Source: Candidatus Heimdallarchaeota archaeon (GTDB taxonomy: Archaea; Asgardarchaeota; Heimdallarchaeia; Heimdallarchaeales; Heimdallarchaeaceae). Taken from it: a stretch of 20,020 nt of DNA. The notes beneath the pieces were generated by a model, which was given only the letters and a program-made list of their open reading frames with translations, had not been told where the DNA came from and did no database searches. Position numbers and translations under genes: made by a program. The stretch is taken from contig JAEOTE010000101.1 of NCBI GenBank assembly GCA_016839945.1, positions 1 to 20,020 of the forward strand. The letters are read 5' to 3'. This document shows positions 1 to 7,507 of the stretch, in pieces (position 1 is the first letter of the stretch; each line of letters begins with the position of its first letter).

Positions 1-1
1 A

Positions 2-70
2 AAGGTTAAAGAGAACAAAGCACGCTACCGAATTGTCCTATACAACGACATCGAGAAAGTGGGTCTCTAA
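2..70 (+). CDS. 3' end of probable NAD(P)-dependent Zn alcohol dehydrogenase (cinnamyl-ADH/Ahr-like), partial
   Basis: Own translation of frame 2: KVKENKARYRIVLYNDIEKVGL*. The 'KARYRIVL' segment resembles the C-terminal 'GKARYRVVL' of Ahr/YjgB-type ADHs. Only 22 codons are visible. Confidence 0.5.
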   Translation, partial: KVKENKARYRIVLYNDIEKVGL

Positions 71-274
71 ATGAGTCTTTCATTTTAATAATGATAAGTA
101 ATTATCAGGGATGTTAGAGAAATCGAACAATAAGTATAGCAAAGCCTGAAATATAATATTTATGGAATAACATAAAAACGTAAAAACATGGCTAAAACAG
201 AACAACATGATTACTCTGTTGAGTTACCTATAATATGGCATTCTTAGTTTAAAGTAAAAACTCATATCTCAAAA

Positions 275-383
275 TGGTGGGACACGGCGGATTCGAACCG
301 CCGACCTCACGGTTATCAGCCGTGCGCATATTAGTTTATGGTACGCAGCCATTAAACTTCTAACCAAGCTGAGCTAGTGTCCC
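275..383 (-). tRNA. tRNA-Ile(GAU) with 31-nt intron at non-canonical position 23/24 (intron 328-358); CCA encoded
   Basis: Reverse complement reads GGGACAC-TA-GCTC-AGCTTGGTTA-GA[intron]GC-G-CACGG-CTGATAA-CCGTG-AGGTC-GGCGG-TTCGAAT-CCGCC-GTGTCCC-A-CCA. All stems pair after removing the intron (78 nt mature). The junctions form a bulge-helix-bulge. Confidence 0.96.
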
Positions 384-409
384 TTACTTGCTCTTTTCCT
401 TCAATATTA

Positions 410-426
410 CTTTTAAAAGTTTTTTC
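410..426 (-). promoter_or_regulatory. Putative BRE/TATA promoter of tRNA-Ile
   Basis: Minus strand GAAAAAAC-TTTTAAAAG about 27-35 nt upstream of the mature tRNA 5' end. Confidence 0.5.
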
Positions 427-475
427 TTACACTTCTCTTTTAATTCTTGTTCCTTGTTCTACTTTTGCCATGGTA

Positions 476-483
476 TTTATAAA
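476..483 (+). promoter_or_regulatory. Putative TATA box for a leaderless DinB-1 transcript
   Basis: TTTATAAA begins 29 nt upstream of ATG 505, the spacing expected for a leaderless archaeal mRNA. Confidence 0.5.
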
Positions 484-504
484 GTAGGGGTGCTTCTCAA
501 ATTT

Positions 505-990
505 ATGTTGTCAACGGCTCAAATTTATAAAATATTTTTAGAAGAGAAAAATAGAGCTCTTGAGAGATTCAAAGAAGTTGATTCCAAACATTTCTATTTC
601 ATTGTTCATGAAAATACATGGAGTCCTGAGATGATTTTCCGCCATTTAATTATGAGCGGATATTGGATGATGGGACATGATCATAAAGAAGGGAAACCTG
701 AATCTTCAAAATATGCACTTGAAAATGGAGTTATTCCAAACGAAAAATCAACAATTAACGAGGTTGAAAAAGAACTTAATGAAATAACAGAGATAGTTTT
801 TAAAACGCTTGAAACATTCAATTCGGAAAAGGAAGAAGAGTTTATTGAATCATGGTGGGGTAAAATTCCTAGACAGGAAGCCATAGTTCGTATGATTTTG
901 CATGATTATGGTCATTTAGCTCAAATAGTGAGTCTTTTCAAATTGTCTACAGGCTGGACTGATAAGGAAATTTATAATCTAAAAGACTAG
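505..990 (+). CDS. DinB/YfiT-like family protein (paralogue 1)
   Basis: Motifs WSPEMIFRHL and LHDYGHLAQI give the H...HxxxH triad of the DinB four-helix bundle. Start moved from 388 to ATG 505 because the upstream extension is low-complexity and overlaps the tRNA promoter. Confidence 0.8.
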   Translation: MLSTAQIYKIFLEEKNRALERFKEVDSKHFYFIVHENTWSPEMIFRHLIMSGYWMMGHDHKEGKPESSKYALENGVIPNEKSTINEVEKELNEITEIVFKTLETFNSEKEEEFIESWWGKIPRQEAIVRMILHDYGHLAQIVSLFKLSTGWTDKEIYNLKD

Positions 991-1076
991 AATCGGTTCT
1001 TTAGATATTTTTTCATCTCTTTCTCTCTTTTGTAGAAGCATTATAAGTGTATGAACGCTCAATCCATTTGATAATT

Positions 1077-1550
1077 ATGGTTTCAATTGAACAACTCTAT
1101 AGTATTGTTGAAGAGGATAGAAAGAAAACCTTTGGTTTCTTTAAAAAAATAGAAAAAAAACATTTTCATAATCCATTAATCGAAAATACGTGGAGTCCTG
1201 AATTAATCTTTCGTCATCTTCTTATGAATATTAATTGGATGCAGGAGAAACTTCCTAGTAATCCACCAACACCCTCCAAACTTGCTTTCGATCTTGATGA
1301 ACAAGTTAGTAACCAAGTTACTTTAGATGAAATTATTGAAGAGTTTGATATCATCTCCCCAATTTTTAGGAAGCAATTATCTTCACTAACTATTGAACAA
1401 GAAGAAGAGGATATTGACATGTGGAAGGGAAAAATGAAGAGAAGAATCTATTTAGTACGCTTAATCAATCATGAACATAGACATTTAGGTCAGATACAGT
1501 GGATTCTTAAACGTTCTACTGGTTGGACTGATGAAGAAATATATGGATAA
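1077..1550 (+). CDS. DinB/YfiT-like family protein (paralogue 2)
   Basis: Motifs WSPELIFRHL and NHEHRHLGQI. Aligns end to end with paralogue 1 (ENTWSPE.IFRHL, STGWTD.EIY). Start at ATG 1077 matches the paralogue N-terminus, with TTATAA at 1041. Confidence 0.8.
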   Translation: MVSIEQLYSIVEEDRKKTFGFFKKIEKKHFHNPLIENTWSPELIFRHLLMNINWMQEKLPSNPPTPSKLAFDLDEQVSNQVTLDEIIEEFDIISPIFRKQLSSLTIEQEEEDIDMWKGKMKRRIYLVRLINHEHRHLGQIQWILKRSTGWTDEEIYG

Positions 1551-1567
1551 TAAAATAAACAACTTAG

Positions 1568-2320
1568 TTATATAGTAAATTCTGTTGGATCTGGTTCTAC
1601 TAAACTATTGTAACGTTTTGGATTATACATGTAAGAAACATATATTGGAATTCCTTTTTTCATTGACTTCCATCTGTTTTGAGGTTCTCCAAGTCTTAAT
1701 GCTGGAATTTCTTCGTAGTTATTATTATATTCCCATCTGCCATCCTTAATTCTATAATAACATTCTCCTCTAGATCTTTTGTAATCACTACTTATCTCTT
1801 CAGCATTAGTAGCCCTTATTCTTGCTAATATTGTTTTTTTCTGACTTGGATTGATTATCGTTACACCATATGAAGGAGGAATTGCTAACAAATCCTGTTT
1901 TTGTGCTCTTATCATTATGACATCTTTGACTTTTTCATGGTATTCTCCTTGTTGTTGTAAAACAAATTCTGCATAACCTTCTATTAATTGATAAATTTCA
2001 GGATATCTGTATTCATTATCTGCAAAGGACCTATAATATCCAAGTGTTTTAATGAATTCCTCTCCTAGATTTCCAGCTTGAACTACAATCAAATCGAATC
2101 GCATATCATCCCAAAATTCTTTATCTTCTGTTTTTTTAACTTCTTCATAAACACGGAAAACTTCTTTTTCGGTTTCTTTAGACTTCCAAACTTGTTTCAG
2201 AACTGAAAGCTGCAAATCCTTAACTTTGTAGACTGTTATTTTTTTTACATCAACTTCATTACTATTATATTGAATCATTTCTTCAGTACTTTCTATAGGT
2301 AACCCAAGATATTCTCTCAA
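1568..2320 (-). CDS. Cupin-type (archaeal) glucose-6-phosphate isomerase homologue, metal-binding histidines absent
   Basis: RFDLIVVQAGNLGEEFIKTLG, YPEIYQLIEG, IPPSYG...INP and G.CYY match the cupin GPI family pattern. The family GHYH and YGH motifs read GYYR and YGV here. Confidence 0.75.
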   Translation of the reverse strand: MREYLGLPIESTEEMIQYNSNEVDVKKITVYKVKDLQLSVLKQVWKSKETEKEVFRVYEEVKKTEDKEFWDDMRFDLIVVQAGNLGEEFIKTLGYYRSFADNEYRYPEIYQLIEGYAEFVLQQQGEYHEKVKDVIMIRAQKQDLLAIPPSYGVTIINPSQKKTILARIRATNAEEISSDYKRSRGECYYRIKDGRWEYNNNYEEIPALRLGEPQNRWKSMKKGIPIYVSYMYNPKRYNSLVEPDPTEFTI

Positions 2321-2346
2321 ATCAAAAGACCTCTTCTCTTAGCTAT

Positions 2347-2610
2347 TCACATACTATAGAAATGGTCTTCTCCCTCTTCAGTAATCTTCCAACTATCTAG
2401 CGTCCCAACTTGGAATTTACTTAGAAAACCTTGCATGGTTAAATCATTTAAGATGTCTGTAAGCAGTGATTTTTCCATCATTTCCCCTTTTGCTCTGTAG
2501 ATATCATTTAACTGAAACATAACATCTACAAAAGCCAGACCTCGTTTTGCTGAAACAAATATATCTAGTACATCAATTATAACTTGTTCTTTTTCTAGCA
2601 TGTTTCTCAT
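2347..2610 (-). CDS. Small winged helix-turn-helix protein
   Basis: 87 aa with helices followed by 'LNDLTMQGFLSK...WKITEEG', the typical L..L...G.(l/i) ... (Y/W).IT..G wing signature of PadR/MarR-like wHTH domains. Confidence 0.6.
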   Translation of the reverse strand: MRNMLEKEQVIIDVLDIFVSAKRGLAFVDVMFQLNDIYRAKGEMMEKSLLTDILNDLTMQGFLSKFQVGTLDSWKITEEGEDHFYSM

Positions 2611-2767
2611 TTATGTTATTTCTTTATCTTTCTAAAATTTTTCTAAAAAAAGTGATAAACCAAAAATAATAATAGCAAACGAAATTTATTTATCTAAAAC
2701 GCAAACATGGGGAACTAGAGTTATTTACTCAAGTTTTCACACAAGTTGAAGAACAGAGGAGATAATA

Positions 2768-4042
2768 ATGTCACACCAGAAAGAAAAAGAAGAAAAAAGA
2801 TCTTCAGTTGAACGCTACTTACTTAAGCATGAAATAGAGAAGCTGGAATCCAGACGTAGTTTTAACATGTCTACAAGTCTGGTATCATTATACATTCCTC
2901 CTGGAACTCGACTATCTGATATTAATTCTCAATTAAGAGATGAGTATGGAACTGCTACAAATATTAAAGATAAAAGCACTGGAAAAGCAGTTCAATCTGC
3001 TCTTTCATCAATTATGTCTAGAATGAAGAATCTCACAAACCCTGGTGAGAATGGTATCGCAATTTTCTGTGGAATCACTCAAACTAACAAAGTTGAATAT
3101 TTCTTAATTTACCCACCTGAGAGAGTGGGAATTAAATTATATGTATGCGATTATGTCTTTCATATTGATCACCTTAAAGACATGTTAGAAAGTAAATTAA
3201 GATACGGTTTAGCACTTGTTTCTCGAGGTGGAGCTACGTTAGCAATTGTGCAGGGATCACGTTTAGATATTATATGGGATGAAGATTCTTTTGTTCCAGG
3301 TAAAACTAGAATGGGTGGGCAATCTCAGCGTCGTTATCAACGTTTGGTTGATGAAGCAGCTCAAAGATGGTTTACTAAAGTAGCTACAAAGATGAATGAT
3401 ACATTCATGAATAACTACCCTGTTGAAGGTATTGTGGTTGGTGGACCTGCTTTATCTAAAGCTGAATTTTTAGAATCAAAAGAAATAGATTACCGTTTGA
3501 AAGAAAAAGTGATTGGAATTCATGATGTTGGATACTTGAAATCCCCAGGTATCAGAGAATTGCTAGAAAAAGCAGAAGATGACCTATCTGATTTTGAATT
3601 AATAAAAGAGAGGAAGTTAACACAAAAATTTATGGAACATCTAGGAAAAGATACGGGTTTAGCAGCTTATGGTGAAAAACAGGTTAGAGAAGCTCTTGAC
3701 AAAGGGGCTGTTGATACTGTTTTAGTAAGTGAAGATGTTGATCGAGTTAACATGGAAATCAAGTGTGATGGATGCAATTATAGTAACATAGAATCCGTTA
3801 AAACAAAAGATTACAATGAATTCGTAAAGAAATTATCTGATAAAAAATGCCCTGAATGCAAAGAATCCAAAATGTATATTGATAAAGAGACAGATTTGAT
3901 TACAGAATTACATGAACTATCAAAAAATACAGGAGCTAATCTTGAAGTCATAGCAACTAGCCACGAAGATGGAGCAATGTTGTATGGTGCGTTTGGCGGT
4001 ATTGCAGCTATTCTTAGATACAAATTATTTGATGGATACTAA
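2768..4042 (+). CDS. prf1: Peptide chain release factor aRF1
   Basis: SLYIPPG, NIKD (NIKS site), YxCxxxF (YVCDYVF), GGQS, CxxC...CxxC minidomain and FGGIAAILRY. GAGGAG Shine-Dalgarno upstream. Confidence 0.97.
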   Translation: MSHQKEKEEKRSSVERYLLKHEIEKLESRRSFNMSTSLVSLYIPPGTRLSDINSQLRDEYGTATNIKDKSTGKAVQSALSSIMSRMKNLTNPGENGIAIFCGITQTNKVEYFLIYPPERVGIKLYVCDYVFHIDHLKDMLESKLRYGLALVSRGGATLAIVQGSRLDIIWDEDSFVPGKTRMGGQSQRRYQRLVDEAAQRWFTKVATKMNDTFMNNYPVEGIVVGGPALSKAEFLESKEIDYRLKEKVIGIHDVGYLKSPGIRELLEKAEDDLSDFELIKERKLTQKFMEHLGKDTGLAAYGEKQVREALDKGAVDTVLVSEDVDRVNMEIKCDGCNYSNIESVKTKDYNEFVKKLSDKKCPECKESKMYIDKETDLITELHELSKNTGANLEVIATSHEDGAMLYGAFGGIAAILRYKLFDGY

Positions 4043-4067
4043 TAGTTAAACTATATGAAAGTTTGAA

Positions 4068-4763
4068 TTAACCATTAACTATTGTTCCTATCTGTTCTCC
4101 TTTAACAACCTTTTGGATATTTTCTGGTTTAGAACCATTGACAAAAATCAGTTTTATGTTCGATCTTTTAATAATCTCGCAACCAACTGTGTCGAATAAA
4201 TCATATTTGCCTGGTTCTTCTTCTTGTTTTAGAATTATCTCCAGTAGCTCTTCTGAGGTCATTTTATCTATAGGTTTTGCATCTGGAAATCTGTGAGGAT
4301 CTTTGTTATAGACTTTATCTACGTTGGTTAAGTTTAGCAAGAAATCTGCACCCCAGTATTCAGCTAATAATGCAGAAACAGCACTTGTTGATTGACCTGG
4401 TTGAAGCCCTCCAGTGACTACAATTTTACCGGTAGAAAGAGCCTTTCCAACCTCCTCAAAAGATCTTGGAACTAGTAAGTATGCTTTATCTTTCAGAGAA
4501 GCTATAACCAATAATGCGTGAATTCTTGTTGATTCAACAGCTAGAATGTCTTTGAATGTTGTAACATGCCCTAAAACATCACTAGCTTGAATAATGATTC
4601 TAGCTAGTTTTCCTCCTCCAACTACTATAGCTATTTTATGTCCCTCTTCATGTAGAGAATTTATTACATTAATTATGTTGTTTATTAATTCCACATTTAA
4701 TGTCATTTCTTCTTTATAAAGAACAGACCCGCCAAATTTTATTACAATCTTCTTTGAAGTCAT
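4068..4763 (-). CDS. pyrH: Uridylate kinase (archaeal UMP kinase)
   Basis: KFGGS, VVGGGKLAR, GGLQPGQST, TNVDKVYNKDP and C-terminal GTIV of the amino-acid-kinase fold, archaeal PyrH type. Confidence 0.93.
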   Translation of the reverse strand: MTSKKIVIKFGGSVLYKEEMTLNVELINNIINVINSLHEEGHKIAIVVGGGKLARIIIQASDVLGHVTTFKDILAVESTRIHALLVIASLKDKAYLLVPRSFEEVGKALSTGKIVVTGGLQPGQSTSAVSALLAEYWGADFLLNLTNVDKVYNKDPHRFPDAKPIDKMTSEELLEIILKQEEEPGKYDLFDTVGCEIIKRSNIKLIFVNGSKPENIQKVVKGEQIGTIVNG

Positions 4764-4891
4764 TGTTAAAACTCATATAACTGACAACTAAATAATTTTT
4801 TCCCTAAATCCAGATTCTAGAAACACAACAATAAAGCGAATCTTTTTTAATTCAGTTTCAGAGAAGCAATCAAAAACTCTGAGGATTTAAA

Positions 4892-6205
4892 ATGGATTTA
4901 AAACAAAGAAATGCTATTGCAGAGATATTTGCAACCAATATAAATAGTGTGACAATAGCAGGATGGATACAACAAGTCAGAGATCTTGGTGGATTAAGGT
5001 TTGTTCAACTTCAAGATAGATCAGGAATAGTTCAAATCGTAATACCCAAGAAAAAAGTATCACAAGAGATATTCTCCTTGGAATTACAGGAAGGAGACAT
5101 AATTATTGTTACTGGAGAAGTTATCGAAAATAAAAGTGCCCCAGATGGAAAAGAAGTTCTTCCATCTGCCTTGAAAATCCTAAATAAAAGAGAGCAAGAA
5201 TATCCAATAGCAATTACTGATAAAATTGAAACAAATCCAGACAAAAGATATGATTTTAGATTTTTAGATTTAAGAAACAGAAAAGTTTCACAAATCTTCG
5301 AAATTGAAAGCACTGTTGCTTACTCTATACAAGAATATTTCAAAGAAAATGATTTTTTGCAATTTTTCTCAGCTAAGATTGTAGGATCAGCAACTGAAAG
5401 CGGAGCAAATGTATTTGAGATAAATTACTTTGATAAGAAAGCTTTCTTAGCTCAGTCTCCTCAATTTTATAAACAAATGATGTTAATGGGAGGATTTGAG
5501 AGAGTATTTGAAATAGGTCCAGTTTTTCGAGCTGAAAAACACCATACTAACAGGCATTTATGTGAGTATACATCCATAGATTTTGAGATATCCTACATCA
5601 ATGATCAAAGAGATGTGATGAAGGTTTTGCAAGATGCAGTAAACTATACACTGGGAAAGGTTAAGACAGAGAAGAAAAAAGCTTTGGAAGAACTAGAGGT
5701 AACAATAGATAATCAACCAAAAGAATGGCCTGTGCTTACAATGCCTGAATGCAACGAAATTTTGGCTAAAGCAGGAAAAGAGTTAGGTCTCTATGAAGAC
5801 CTAGATGCTGAAGCTGAAAAAATTATTGGAAAATATGTTAAGGAGAAGTGGAATTCTGATTTTGTTTTTGTTGATCAATATCCTTGGGATGTAAGACCAT
5901 TTTATACAATGAAAGACGACAACGATCCTAATTTAACTAAATCTTTTGATCTACTATACAAAGGTCAAGAATTGACAACAGGTGGACAAAGAGAACACAG
6001 AATTGATATTTTAACAGTACAAGCAGAAGAGAAAGGTTTTAACTTAAAACATATTGATAGTTATCTGCAATTCTTCAGAAATGGAGCACCACCTCATGGA
6101 GGAAGTGGAACAGGAATTGAGAGATTTGTACAACAAATTCTAAGTTTACCCAATATAAGAGAAGCAAGATTACACCCAAGAGATCCAACAAGATTAGAAC
6201 CTTAG
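4892..6205 (+). CDS. aspS: Aspartate--tRNA ligase, archaeal type
   Basis: OB-fold AGW...[15 protein letters not shown], motif 2 [18 protein letters not shown], motif 3 PPHGG.G.G.ER and PRD. 437 aa, the archaeal length. Confidence 0.95.
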   Translation: MDLKQRNAIAEIFATNINSVTIAGWIQQVRDLGGLRFVQLQDRSGIVQIVIPKKKVSQEIFSLELQEGDIIIVTGEVIENKSAPDGKEVLPSALKILNKREQEYPIAITDKIETNPDKRYDFRFLDLRNRKVSQIFEIESTVAYSIQEYFKENDFLQFFSAKIVGSATESGANVFEINYFDKKAFLAQSPQFYKQMMLMGGFERVFEIGPVFRAEKHHTNRHLCEYTSIDFEISYINDQRDVMKVLQDAVNYTLGKVKTEKKKALEELEVTIDNQPKEWPVLTMPECNEILAKAGKELGLYEDLDAEAEKIIGKYVKEKWNSDFVFVDQYPWDVRPFYTMKDDNDPNLTKSFDLLYKGQELTTGGQREHRIDILTVQAEEKGFNLKHIDSYLQFFRNGAPPHGGSGTGIERFVQQILSLPNIREARLHPRDPTRLEP

Positions 6206-6289
6206 CTCAATAATAGTTTCATATCAAAATGAAAACTCTTAAAAAAAGAATGAAAGTCAATATAGTAGTCATAAGTAATGATTTTATTT

Positions 6290-6412
6290 GCGGGGATAGC
6301 CAAGTAGGTCAACGGCGGCGGACTTAAGATCTCGGCTTATGCCAGAAATAAGGGTTAGATAAGCAATCCGTTCCTTAGTGGTTCGGGAGTTCGAATCTCC
6401 CTCCCCGCACCA
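6290..6412 (+). tRNA. tRNA-Leu(UAA) with 37-nt canonical 37/38 intron (6329-6365); CCA encoded
   Basis: GCGGGGA-TA-GCC-AAGTAGGTCAAC-GGC-G-GCGGA-CTTAAG[intron]A-TCCGT-long variable arm-GGGAG-TTCGAAT-CTCCC-TCCCCGC-A-CCA. BHB with central helix CUUA/UAAG and bulges AG|A and CA|A. Confidence 0.96.
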
Positions 6413-6430
6413 AATTTCATTGTAGTTTCT

Positions 6431-6453
6431 AGATCTTGATTTTTTTATCAGAT
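6431..6453 (+). terminator. Possible oligo-T terminator after tRNA-Leu
   Basis: T7 tract flanked by a short inverted repeat (TGAT...ATCA) about 25 nt downstream of the CCA. Confidence 0.35.
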
Positions 6454-6463
6454 TTCTTCTTGT

Positions 6464-6556
6464 TTTAACTCATGGGTTAAACACATTTACCCTTCAATTA
6501 CAACAGATTAACCCAATGATTAAGAATATAATCTAAATGATTAAAAAAACGATTAA
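6464..6556. promoter_or_regulatory. Palindrome plus paired direct repeats upstream of the bactofilin-like genes (candidate operator region)
   Basis: Near-perfect 18-bp palindrome TTTAACTCATGGGTTAAA (6464-6481), a third half-site TTAACCCA (6508-6515), and GATTAA at 6506, 6518, 6539 and 6551. Confidence 0.35.
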
Positions 6557-6590
6557 ATAAAGGCATGATATTTGTATTTTGGTGAATTAA

Positions 6591-7487
6591 TTGGCAAAGC
6601 ACGAAATCAAAATGTACGAAGAGTTACTAGAACTCCTTGAAAAGAGGTACAAAGATGGTGAAATTGACAAAGAAAACTATAACGAATTAAAAGAACGTTA
6701 TTTAGCAAAATTGGAAGGTGCTAAGAAGGATTTTGAAGTTCATAAGGAAGCTTCTCAAATCTACACTTCTGGAGTTAAGGTAATGACTAATGGTTCTGTA
6801 TCTGCAGCAGGTTCTACAAGAATTACAGGGGGAGAAGTCCCTAAAGACATACGAATTGCTGGTTCAGGAAAAATTGAAAGTGATGTTATCTGTAATCAAT
6901 TTAAAACAGCTGGTTCCTTAAAGAGTTCTGGAAATATTACAGCTCGTGGAGATGTAAGAGCTTCTGGATCTTTTAAATGTGAAGGTTTTCTTCAAACAGA
7001 TAAGGATGCAAAGTTTTCTGGGTCTGCAAAGATAGACAAAGATACTGTAGTTCAAGGAAGATTAACTGCTGCTGGAAGTTTCAAATGTAATGAAAATGTA
7101 CAAGCAGAAGTTGGGGTAAAATTTGCAGGTTCCTCCAATATTGGTGGAAGTTTATTATCCCAAGGAACTGTTGAAATAGAAGGAAAAACACAAATAGCAG
7201 AAAATCTTGTTGGAGAAGATGTTTTAATAAACAAAGGAAAAGAATCATTATTCTTTAGACGTAAAAGACTTAGTAAATCTGAAATAGGAAAAGATGTTTT
7301 TGCAACTGGTGATGTGTATATAGCAAACACAAATGTGAATGGAGATGTAAAAGGAGTATCTGTTGAACTTGGTCCTTACACTAAAGTCTATGGAACAGTG
7401 TTTTATGTTGAAAGATTTGATGTAGATAAAAAAGCGGAATTAGTAAATGAGCCAGTTAAGATAAGTAGAGAAAAATTACAACTTTAA
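6591..7487 (+). CDS. Bactofilin-like (polymer-forming cytoskeletal, YhbE/YhbF-type) beta-solenoid protein with N-terminal SHOCT-like domain
   Basis: TTG start after GGTGA. N-terminus LELLEKRYKDGEIDKENYNELKERY fits the SHOCT pattern. About 8 GS-initiated 17-18 aa rungs follow, then a C-terminal 'NTNVNGDVKGVSVELGPYTKVYGTVFY' bactofilin-like segment. Confidence 0.72.
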   Translation: MAKHEIKMYEELLELLEKRYKDGEIDKENYNELKERYLAKLEGAKKDFEVHKEASQIYTSGVKVMTNGSVSAAGSTRITGGEVPKDIRIAGSGKIESDVICNQFKTAGSLKSSGNITARGDVRASGSFKCEGFLQTDKDAKFSGSAKIDKDTVVQGRLTAAGSFKCNENVQAEVGVKFAGSSNIGGSLLSQGTVEIEGKTQIAENLVGEDVLINKGKESLFFRRKRLSKSEIGKDVFATGDVYIANTNVNGDVKGVSVELGPYTKVYGTVFYVERFDVDKKAELVNEPVKISREKLQL

Positions 7488-7507
7488 AATTATGGAGTGA
7501 AATTAGA

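Noticed and set aside
188-247. 19-codon ORF MAKTEQHDYSVELPIIWHS
   Set aside because: Too short, no SD and no recognisable motif; expected by chance.
388-504. 39-aa N-terminal extension of DinB-1 in the ORF track
   Set aside because: F/S-rich translation of T-rich intergenic DNA containing both promoters. The paralogue aligns only from Met 505.
2707-2718. Mini-ORF ATG GGG AAC TAG upstream of aRF1 as an autoregulatory read-through element
   Set aside because: Out of frame with aRF1, and the likely TATA (about 2685-2692) would place the TSS downstream of this ATG.
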